DNA of 64,000 nt from Bacteroidales bacterium (GTDB lineage Bacteria; Bacteroidota; Bacteroidia; Bacteroidales; WCHB1-69), in contig JAFXSR010000012.1 in NCBI GenBank assembly GCA_017525505.1, forward strand, positions 234,502 through 298,501, given 5' to 3'. Position 1 is the stretch's first letter; each line of letters opens with the position of its first letter. The position numbers and the translations under genes are program-made. This document shows positions 46,776 through 54,998 of this stretch, piece after piece. The notes under the pieces are model-generated. The model did no database searches and was not told the origin of the DNA. It saw nothing but the letters and a program-made list of their open reading frames with translations.

Positions 46776-48185
46776 TTATTGAAGTGGGATGACACTCCGG
46801 TCAGCGGGGGTGAAGTCCGGCATTTCCATGCCTACTGGCGCACCGATGTATGTCGGATCGCAGATGACATATTTCTTGCCTTTGTGCTGAACGTATTCCC
46901 CTTTTACTTCTGTGGGGAAATGCACGGCGGCGGCCACATGTCCGGGATAGTCAATTAATACTACGTCCAAATGCAGCAAGTGACGCACCAAAAATGAGAA
47001 AAGCACACTGCGGTCTTCACAATCATTATAAGGGTAATAGTAGTTTTCCTCACAGAAAAACGGCTTCTCGAATCCGAACTGATCGTCATCGGTGGCGTAA
47101 TCAAAACCGTATTGCAGGTATGCCAGCAAAAACGACACGGCATCGTATGTGGATTGTGTCTTTAGGTAAGGCTTAAAGGCTTGCTCTATCGATTCACAGA
47201 ACAATTTGCTGGGAGTGGCATTGGCATACACACTCATGTCCACCTGCGGATAAGTCTTGAACAACTCTATCATGCTTAGGTTGATATGAATTTCTTTTTC
47301 ATCGTTTGTGGTTTCCATGCTTTTCAAAGGCCGCGGCAGGTTCATATCCAAACTGTGAGTGCTTTCGGGGAATGGAATATCGTAAGTTCTGAATGCCTTA
47401 GAGCTTTTGATATGATTGTAATATGGATCAAGTTCGAAAACATAATAGCGTTTGCCGGCAATATCCACAAACGAAATGCCATACAACTGTTGTTCTACTG
47501 CTATCAGGCAGAATAGGTGTGTTTGGGCGAAGCCTACTTTGGCTTCCATTCCAAGTTGGTTGAGCAGAAAAACCGTCATCACGACTTGTTCGTTGTATTG
47601 GTGGTCGTAGATTTGCTGAGCCATGCGAAGCACCAATTGGTAAACAGCCCAGTCGTTGAAAGCCTGCTGTTGGCGGGCAATATGGCAGCGTTGCAGCATC
47701 TCTTCACAGTCGCATTCCGACAGTTGTATCCAAAAGTCAGAGACATCATCAACGGTAATCCCTTTCAACCCACTTGGAAACGGCTTTTTGATTAGATGAA
47801 TATTTTCTCCAAAAAGATTGAAATCAAGGAAATTTAACTGTTCTGCAGGAAAGCTTGAGGGCTCGTTTTCCACTGGTTTATCAGGAGACTCTTGCGGAGG
47901 CAGTTGTGGCTTCACTACTGGCAGTTCGGGCACATTGTCTTTTTTGATTTCAGGCAGTTTGTCTGGTTTCGGTTTGGGGTCTCTCACCATCGGTTGCTCG
48001 CCGGTAAAAGCCCTCATATTGGCCGCCATTGCCTCCGCAAACTGCTTGTTGATGCTATCTACAAAGTTGTTGAATTGCTGTTGGTTCTGATTCATAAACG
48101 CATTGAATTCCTCTTCAAAATTCTGTGCCTGCACCGAAGTCACCCACCCCAAACATACAATGAATAACCCAATGAATTTTTTCAT
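46776..48185 (-). CDS. Exported protein with a transglutaminase-like Cys-His-Asp domain
   Basis: Signal peptide, Pro-rich linker, DCEDRS...GHVAAAV...CDPT. Confidence 0.7.
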   Translation of the reverse strand: MKKFIGLFIVCLGWVTSVQAQNFEEEFNAFMNQNQQQFNNFVDSINKQFAEAMAANMRAFTGEQPMVRDPKPKPDKLPEIKKDNVPELPVVKPQLPPQESPDKPVENEPSSFPAEQLNFLDFNLFGENIHLIKKPFPSGLKGITVDDVSDFWIQLSECDCEEMLQRCHIARQQQAFNDWAVYQLVLRMAQQIYDHQYNEQVVMTVFLLNQLGMEAKVGFAQTHLFCLIAVEQQLYGISFVDIAGKRYYVFELDPYYNHIKSSKAFRTYDIPFPESTHSLDMNLPRPLKSMETTNDEKEIHINLSMIELFKTYPQVDMSVYANATPSKLFCESIEQAFKPYLKTQSTYDAVSFLLAYLQYGFDYATDDDQFGFEKPFFCEENYYYPYNDCEDRSVLFSFLVRHLLHLDVVLIDYPGHVAAAVHFPTEVKGEYVQHKGKKYVICDPTYIGAPVGMEMPDFTPADRSVIPLQ

Positions 48186-48203
48186 ATTACAATTTCTAAT
48201 TTT

Positions 48204-48244
48204 GAAAGTGCGGACTCCCTAATCTCCAAAGGATCCGCACTCTC
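48204..48244 (-). terminator. Hairpin between the 48285 and 46776 genes (terminator or stabiliser)
   Basis: AGTGCGGA...TCCGCACT inverted repeat. Confidence 0.5.
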
Positions 48245-48284
48245 AACTATTAATTATTAATTGTTAACTATTAATTGCAGGCTG

Positions 48285-49031
48285 TTATTCTGCCACTTCA
48301 TCATACTTCGGCATATCCTTCGCCACTTGTTCTGTCAACTTGTCCATACCTAACAGTTTCTCTAATTGTGCCTTATTGATGTCCGAATCTTTCTTAAGTT
48401 CGTCCAAAATCACCTCACGGGCAATGGCGATAGCAGCTTTCATGTCATAGAGCATGGTTGTTCTCACACGATAGTTTCCATTGCTCAGTTCCTGATAAAT
48501 TTCCATGGTTTTGAAGGTGCGACCAAGTTTCTGTGAGACAATTACTTTGGCGTTCTCTACGGTTTTGGTGATGGAAGCGGCTTCTTTAGCGGAGATTTCC
48601 TGGTTGGCCAAAGCCACATCGGTCAGAGCGGCCACACTGCTGCTTACTTGAGCTGCTATACGCAGTTTGGCAACGTTGTCGGCTTGTGATTGCGCTGCGG
48701 CGAATGAGTTGGCGGTTGCCATTTCCTGTGCCCAGATGTAGCGAGGATAGCCGGATGCTTCTCTATCGTACATTTTCAGCCAGGTTTCATCCAACTGTTT
48801 GGCAATGGGCAGTCCCATGGTTTTCCAGCCCTCTTTTTCCAGTTTTTTTGCTTCTTTTTGCGCCATTTTTTCTGTTTTCTGATATACGGCAGCGTGAAGT
48901 TCTTTCTGCTCCTTCTTCAATTCCTTGTTTTCTTTCTTTTGAGCTTTGCTGTTCTGGGCTGAAACAGGACTTGCCACCATAATACATACGGCCAAAACGA
49001 CCATGCTGAATAATTTGATTGCGTTTTTCAT
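48285..49031 (-). CDS. Conserved exported hypothetical protein, LPP20-like
   Basis: Signal peptide, KEAKKLEKEGW, AAAQSQADNVAKLRIAAQVSSSV pattern; fold call is an inference. Confidence 0.6.
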   Translation of the reverse strand: MKNAIKLFSMVVLAVCIMVASPVSAQNSKAQKKENKELKKEQKELHAAVYQKTEKMAQKEAKKLEKEGWKTMGLPIAKQLDETWLKMYDREASGYPRYIWAQEMATANSFAAAQSQADNVAKLRIAAQVSSSVAALTDVALANQEISAKEAASITKTVENAKVIVSQKLGRTFKTMEIYQELSNGNYRVRTTMLYDMKAAIAIAREVILDELKKDSDINKAQLEKLLGMDKLTEQVAKDMPKYDEVAE

Positions 49032-49222
49032 TTTTGATTGATTTTAATGATTATTATTGATTACAACATTGTTCAATCGCTGTTTTCATTCCTATATAGC
49101 AACAAGTCCACACCAATCTATCAAATATATTTTCTTTTTTTTGAGCAAATGTTTTATCCGCTTAAATATCAGTGATTTGCAATAAAAAAAACAGCAGATT
49201 ATTAATTGTCAATTGTCAATTA

Positions 49223-50062
49223 TCAATTGTCAACTATGTTCACTCCCTGCCACAGCACACGTTTCTCGCTCTTTTTGATTTTCGACAGCCAATTGATGAC
49301 ATTCTCATACGTCACGGTTTCCATGAACGGGTAAGATTTCTTGAGGGCAACAATCAGAATAACTCCTTGCTCAATATTGTCTCTTACGTCACTGATTTCC
49401 ATGGTGTATTCGAAGGGCGAGTTGTATAAAAACGACTTTCCTTCGGGGGGGAAGTTCACAGGAATGTCCGCTTTGAGTTGCACATCCTTGAAAACGCCTT
49501 CAAGTGGGTATATTTGTGCATTTTCAGAGGATTTTTTGCCGAAAAAGAAAATGCGAAGATAACAATCCATGGAAGGTGTAATGGTAAATGTCATTTTCTC
49601 CCCCGAAAGATAGGTGTTCTTGAAACCTTCGGTTTTGAACTGGAAAGCGAGGTCCTCCTTGCTTTCCTCCACCAGTACTTCAGCGCGGATGGTAGTGCTG
49701 TATTTGATAAGTTGGTCGTCTGTAAACACTGGCGATGCATCGGTTCGCTCTTTGATGCGAACACGTCCTTCCAACTCAATGCGGCTTAACTCTGAAGAGA
49801 TTTCCTGAAACTCGGTGCCCGTGTTGCCCATTACGATGATGGTGGTGGAGGATACATCCTCGAACACACCGGCTTCCCGTAAAGCCTCCTTTTTCGCATT
49901 CAGCAAGGCCTGTGCCTGACCGTAAGCGGGAGTCTCGTTTTGGTTGGCCACGTATGTGCCCGTAGCGGTCACCGTGCGGGTTTGTTCCCGCTGGGCGAAG
50001 AGAGTTGCGTTGGTACACAACACCAGTACCATAATAATTCCGATTCGAATGTGTTTTTTCAT
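49223..50062 (-). CDS. Exported protein with a DUF4384-like C-terminal domain
   Basis: Signal peptide; QALLNAKKEALREAGV N-domain; YLSGEKMTFTITPSMDCYLRIFF...IYP. Confidence 0.6.
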   Translation of the reverse strand: MKKHIRIGIIMVLVLCTNATLFAQREQTRTVTATGTYVANQNETPAYGQAQALLNAKKEALREAGVFEDVSSTTIIVMGNTGTEFQEISSELSRIELEGRVRIKERTDASPVFTDDQLIKYSTTIRAEVLVEESKEDLAFQFKTEGFKNTYLSGEKMTFTITPSMDCYLRIFFFGKKSSENAQIYPLEGVFKDVQLKADIPVNFPPEGKSFLYNSPFEYTMEISDVRDNIEQGVILIVALKKSYPFMETVTYENVINWLSKIKKSEKRVLWQGVNIVDN

Positions 50063-50073
50063 TATTTGTGTAT

Positions 50074-51876
50074 TTATTCTTTGTTTATTGACTTTAGAAT
50101 CACCCAATGGCCCTCTTTTCGACCGCCTTCACGGATTATATACCCTTTGTCATGAAGAGCCATCAAATCCCGTGTAATGGTTCTAGTTGCCACTCCAATC
50201 TTTTGTGACATTTCAAAAATTGTCACCAAAGCATTATTTGCCATCATTTTCAATATAAACATTTGTCTATCAGTTAGTTCTTTTGTGACATCTTTTATGA
50301 CATCTTTTATGACATCTTTAGTGACATTTTTAGTGACATCTATAGTGTCATTTGGTATGTCACCTTGAGTATCATTTTTTGTATTACTTTGAGAGGTGTT
50401 ATGTGGGGCACAACCTTCTAATTCATTATTTATCAATAATATCCATCGCCCAGCACTTGTATTGCCTTCACGAATTAAAATACCTATATTCTGTAAAATA
50501 TTAAGATTTCGCTCTAACGTTCGCTTAGCCACCGACAAAACTACCGACATTTGGTTAACAGTAATTCGGGGGTCTTTTTTTATTAGTTTGCACATTTCTT
50601 TTTGAATATCAGACAGTTGAACTACCGCCAAACTACCGCCAAAACTACCGCCACTACCGCCACTGGGGACAAACTGGGGACAAACTGGGGACAAACTGGG
50701 GACATCTTTTGTGACACCAGTTACGACATTTTTCCCATTTCGGGTTAGCTGGATAAACTTGGTCCGTTCTATGCTGACTTGCACGCCGCCGCAGAAATTG
50801 GCGACCTTAGGCATGGGAATGCCTGCTTTCGTGAAGCCATCCCGAATTTTCTTATAGCCACGGCCCCAGGCATCGATAAAGCCTGCCTTGAACATGGCGT
50901 TGGCTATATTGTGGTTACGGGGCTTGGAGGTATGATGTCCCATAAGGACTTTCTCGGAATAGCCTTCCGGCAACTCGCCTTCGTTCCAAATCTCCAGATG
51001 GTCGTCATAGACATGCATTTGAATGTCTGGGCCGATGTAGTCCTTGTGGGCAATGGCATTATAGAGTACCTCACGCAAGGCCTCTTTGGGTATTTCCAGC
51101 GTCTCGTAGCGCTGCATGCCTTCAAAGCGCACGGGCGAAACAAGATATTTAGCCTGAAGAATATCCATTACATGGTCGGCCATTTGGATGACATTCCCCT
51201 CTATGACATCGTGAAAGAGGAGGTCGGCTTCATCGTTGCCGAAACGGCCAACCTTGAACTTGGCGTTTGGGAAAAATCTCTGGGGATTCTTGCCAAAGAG
51301 GAGGATGGCCGCATTCTTCAGCATGCCATTATCGTCCAATAGGCTAAGGTTGGTGAGCACATCTTGGGTGGAAGCTTGACGCTGGTCTTCGGGAATGCGC
51401 TGTGCCTCAATGCCCTTGCGAAGGAAATACTCGATAGCCTGACGGTCAATATCGTCGAATGATGCACGATCGCAGGTGACATCGTCCCACGAGCGACCCA
51501 TTTTCTTCATGATAAACTGCTGGAGAGCGGTGCCTCGCAGTTCCTGTTTAGTGGAGCCTGAGCGGTAATGATAAGTGCCACGATAGGCAATAGGAATATT
51601 GCTGGGCTCCACCACAATTTCCATGTAATCAAGCTCGCCTTCGTGGTGCAGGTTGACATTGACAACTATACCGAGGTGGGTGGCCACCTTGTTGGGAATG
51701 TCCTCCATGAGCTGCTTGCTATTCTTTACGCCGACAATTTCCCTCTTGTCGCTCACACCGATATAAATGCGTCCTCCTTGGGCGTTGGCGAAACCGCAAA
51801 TCCATTTCATATACTCGTCACGCCATGTTTCTTTGCACTCTACGTTTTGGCTTTCTATTTCTTTTATGCTTTTCAT
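50074..51876 (-). CDS. AlbA_2 (Schlafen-like) plus RecG-C/HATPase_c_4 protein with two winged-helix domains
   Basis: ESQNVECKE, GFANAQGGRIYIGVSD, ALREVLYNAIAHKDY, PRN, WGRG; two wHTH ending REG...GxW. Confidence 0.88.
   Translation of the reverse strand: MKSIKEIESQNVECKETWRDEYMKWICGFANAQGGRIYIGVSDKREIVGVKNSKQLMEDIPNKVATHLGIVVNVNLHHEGELDYMEIVVEPSNIPIAYRGTYHYRSGSTKQELRGTALQQFIMKKMGRSWDDVTCDRASFDDIDRQAIEYFLRKGIEAQRIPEDQRQASTQDVLTNLSLLDDNGMLKNAAILLFGKNPQRFFPNAKFKVGRFGNDEADLLFHDVIEGNVIQMADHVMDILQAKYLVSPVRFEGMQRYETLEIPKEALREVLYNAIAHKDYIGPDIQMHVYDDHLEIWNEGELPEGYSEKVLMGHHTSKPRNHNIANAMFKAGFIDAWGRGYKKIRDGFTKAGIPMPKVANFCGGVQVSIERTKFIQLTRNGKNVVTGVTKDVPSLSPVCPQFVPSGGSGGSFGGSLAVVQLSDIQKEMCKLIKKDPRITVNQMSVVLSVAKRTLERNLNILQNIGILIREGNTSAGRWILLINNELEGCAPHNTSQSNTKNDTQGDIPNDTIDVTKNVTKDVIKDVIKDVTKELTDRQMFILKMMANNALVTIFEMSQKIGVATRTITRDLMALHDKGYIIREGGRKEGHWVILKSINKE
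50279..50392 (-). repeat. 12-bp intragenic tandem repeats (VTKD/DT type)
   Basis: GATGTCAYWAAA-like units encoding DVTKNVTKDVIKDVIKDVTKE. Confidence 0.85.
50621..50704 (-). repeat. Intragenic ACTACCGCC(A)n x4 and ACTGGGGACAA x about 4 tandem repeats
   Basis: Directly visible on the plus strand at 50621-50661 and 50662-50704. Confidence 0.9.
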
Positions 51877-52075
51877 GCTTTGTGTTCTTTACTGTTTTGT
51901 CAGATTTTTCTTCTCCAAATATATGTGCAAAGATACAATAATATCAACGTTTTTCAGTGGATGTGCTTGAAATTATTTTGTGTTTATACTCAATAAATTA
52001 GAAATTAGATTAAAATAATTTAGTAATTATATATAGAAATATTGACTTTGTTTATCTGCTTTACCTGCAGTTACT

Positions 52076-53386
52076 TTATGTTAACTTTCCAATTTTCAAG
52101 CCGAGCTTCAAAAACATACTATGTCTTGCAATGTGGTATGTATATTTGATAGGTGTCCAAGCAAAGGAAAATCGATCATGATTATTTGTCCATTGACAAT
52201 AAACGAAATAATATCCTATACATACTGTGAATCTTTCGATATCAACACCTAGGCCAGAATATATGGCATAGCTCGGATTTTTAAAACCCTCCCTTAGAAA
52301 TTCTACTCCAGGGGATAATTCTACGTATGGTTGAATTAATTTGTTGATAGGATAAGAGCCACGTAAATCAAGATGTAATGAGATAGACCACTTAGAATCC
52401 GTATCCCAACAATTGCCACTACTATTCCAGAGGTATTTATCTATAGGCCAACTACGAACTTGACCTATATTTCTGTTAATGTTTGATAATATTCCGATGT
52501 ATCCGTAATCATATATTCTAATACCGAAACTCCATGCTAATAAATTCCAACTTGCTTCAAAATGAGTAACTTCATTGTCAATATTTGTACTTGTACTACC
52601 TATGAAATCAAGACCCATACAGAAATAAGTTTGAAATCTTGTTCCTTTGATAAAAGGTCTGGGGTTATATTGTTTGTTTTTTGTGGGATTATACTGTGCT
52701 ACATTTTTGGTGGAAGAATAACTTGTTTTTGATTTTGTCTCTTGATTTGTTTTAAAAACCACTTGTTCCCCATACGCTATACCAACGCTATTGGTGGCGT
52801 ATGCCCTTACGTAATATTTGCTTTTTGGGGAGAGATTTGATAAGGTAGAGGAAAAGAACCATTTTGCGGACCCTTTTGTGTGGCTATCATAGATTGTGGG
52901 CTTTGCTTTTTTACTCCAGCAAAAACCGGTTGAGGTAATCTCCGAACCCCCAGTGGATGATATATCACCAGTGGCCGTAGCTGAATAAGATGTGATGTCG
53001 GTGACAGAAATTGTCAAAACGACAGGCAATGATAAGACTGGTTTTGCTCGTACCAAAAAAACAACTTTATCTTCTACAAATTTTTCCTTCTCCGCCAAAA
53101 CATCCCACACTATGGTTTTGTGACCTTCTGCAACACTCTTGCCCACATCTCCGCTAAGATTATGAAGTTCGATGTATGTTTTCCCGCCATCTATTGAAAG
53201 GTGCAGCGAAATCTCTGCCTGCTTGTCCAAATCATACGACACATGAATGGTTTTGTCCACCTGCTGCGCAGTGACATTGGAAACGGTTTGGGAGTATGTT
53301 GCCGTTGGTAATATAAAAAGTGCTAATAGCCAAATGATTAGTTTGGCAAGAATGTTTTCTGTATGAATTGTAGGATTACTTTTCAT
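52076..53386 (-). CDS. Exported protein: conserved N-terminal module, FN3-like domain, probable beta-barrel
   Basis: Signal peptide; VSNVTAQQ...SGDVGK...IVWDVL; YYVRAYATNSVGIAYG; alternating aromatic C-terminal strands. Confidence 0.65.
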   Translation of the reverse strand: MKSNPTIHTENILAKLIIWLLALFILPTATYSQTVSNVTAQQVDKTIHVSYDLDKQAEISLHLSIDGGKTYIELHNLSGDVGKSVAEGHKTIVWDVLAEKEKFVEDKVVFLVRAKPVLSLPVVLTISVTDITSYSATATGDISSTGGSEITSTGFCWSKKAKPTIYDSHTKGSAKWFFSSTLSNLSPKSKYYVRAYATNSVGIAYGEQVVFKTNQETKSKTSYSSTKNVAQYNPTKNKQYNPRPFIKGTRFQTYFCMGLDFIGSTSTNIDNEVTHFEASWNLLAWSFGIRIYDYGYIGILSNINRNIGQVRSWPIDKYLWNSSGNCWDTDSKWSISLHLDLRGSYPINKLIQPYVELSPGVEFLREGFKNPSYAIYSGLGVDIERFTVCIGYYFVYCQWTNNHDRFSFAWTPIKYTYHIARHSMFLKLGLKIGKLT

Positions 53387-53395
53387 GAATACAGG

Positions 53396-54226
53396 TTATA
53401 TGTCAATCTTTAAGTCATCTGCTTTTTGAGATTGTTGATTAAGAAAAGATAACAAGTGTTCGAAATCCGGGTAAACTGTTGATATGTCTATCCCCATTAA
53501 TGCCAACTCTTTTAACAAGCTCTTTTTACTGTCCTTGTCAATTAATGCCTGATTTTTGTGCCAATTGGGCATTCCCTCAATTTGCTTTTCATGGAATTGA
53601 TGTTGGGGATTGTCAGATGGTCTTAATGGCGCTATAATAAAAGCACCTCTTTGAGCTGTAACCCGATTGTTGTTGTATGGTGATAAAAAGAATTGAGGTG
53701 TATATAACTCTTTTTTCCATTTTTCAAATCTTTCATTGGGAATATTAAGTGATTTCCTTTCAGACTCAATAATCATGTCGTATTCTGTGGAATTAAATAT
53801 ATTTTTCATTACCATATCAGCAATGAGTTTTGGATAATATTCGTTTTCTTCACCATCAGCACAATAGCAAAAGACTTTCCCATCTTTCTTTTCTTCATCG
53901 GAACAAGCAAAAAACAAAGCAATTAATGGATTTGATGTTAAATCCAAGAGCCGAGTGTGTAGGCCATAATGTTGTAATACAATCATTTTCTCCAAATTTG
54001 TTGGGTACTCCTGAAGATATTTCCAAGCATACCGAAACGTATCACGCAATAATTTATTCTCATCAGTGCCGGGTTTCCTAAAAATCGAAGGGGTTAGTTT
54101 CCATTCTGCATCAGCTTGGCCTCGAAAGAACAAATGGTCTTGTTGCCATGTAAGATCGGCGACCTGGATATATTTACAATTGCGGACCCATTCAAGATAG
54201 GATTCTATTGAGGTTATTTTGTCCAT
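53396..54226 (-). CDS. FRG domain protein
   Basis: FFRGQ, LTPSIFR, QHYGLHTRLLDLTSNPLIALFFAC, AQRGAF, VYPD. Confidence 0.93.
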   Translation of the reverse strand: MDKITSIESYLEWVRNCKYIQVADLTWQQDHLFFRGQADAEWKLTPSIFRKPGTDENKLLRDTFRYAWKYLQEYPTNLEKMIVLQHYGLHTRLLDLTSNPLIALFFACSDEEKKDGKVFCYCADGEENEYYPKLIADMVMKNIFNSTEYDMIIESERKSLNIPNERFEKWKKELYTPQFFLSPYNNNRVTAQRGAFIIAPLRPSDNPQHQFHEKQIEGMPNWHKNQALIDKDSKKSLLKELALMGIDISTVYPDFEHLLSFLNQQSQKADDLKIDI

Positions 54227-54255
54227 AGCGTAATTTAATAAAAAAGTAGAATTAA

Positions 54256-54954
54256 TTAATCTTCTATATATGCGGTTTTTAGAAAATAAACATTAGCTTC
54301 CTTGTTAAGGTAAAAAACAAATTTTAAGTTATGTTCACCAGATCTTATTTTAGAGATGTAATCCGTTTTTATATTTGGATCGTTTTCCAAATCTTGACAA
54401 AGAAAGGCTTTAACTAATGCCACCATAAAATGATGAATCCAAGACATGCTTTGTTCACCTTTTTTAGTTGTTACAGCAAGTTTTTGGAAGTTGAAGTGCT
54501 TGAAAGTGTGAAAAAGACCTCCGATAAATTCATTTTCCTTGTCTATTCTATAAAAATCCAAGCGCAAAATCCTGTCCCTTTTTAATCCTTTTTCATCGTA
54601 TTCACCTATGTATGCAAATTTTTCTTGTGAGAAACTTTCTTTGAATTTTTCAAAAGGCATATTTGCATATAAAGTGTTGTGTAATCCCCTTAAAACATCT
54701 ATGGTCATTCCTGTGCCAAATAAATTCGAATTCTGTTTAACAACTTCTAAGAGCCTTTCATTGATGATTAAATCCTCAAAATAACGACAAGGTAAAATGA
54801 AATAAGGATGTGCTTTTTCAAATAATGCAACCTCCCCACAATGCAATAATTGTATGGCAGGGTGAGCCAACCAGGAATCCTTACCTTCGCTTACCGAAAT
54901 GCTTTTTGAAATTTCGTCGATGTCGTTTAAGAATTGTTCTTGAAATTTGTTCAT
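54256..54954 (-). CDS. Hypothetical cytoplasmic protein
   Basis: 232-aa AT-rich ORF co-oriented with its neighbours; GGLFHTFKHF and C-terminal FLKTAY. Confidence 0.7.
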   Translation of the reverse strand: MNKFQEQFLNDIDEISKSISVSEGKDSWLAHPAIQLLHCGEVALFEKAHPYFILPCRYFEDLIINERLLEVVKQNSNLFGTGMTIDVLRGLHNTLYANMPFEKFKESFSQEKFAYIGEYDEKGLKRDRILRLDFYRIDKENEFIGGLFHTFKHFNFQKLAVTTKKGEQSMSWIHHFMVALVKAFLCQDLENDPNIKTDYISKIRSGEHNLKFVFYLNKEANVYFLKTAYIED

Positions 54955-54998
54955 TGTTATTCTCTCCCTTTATATAAATTGTTATAATAGATGGTTTC

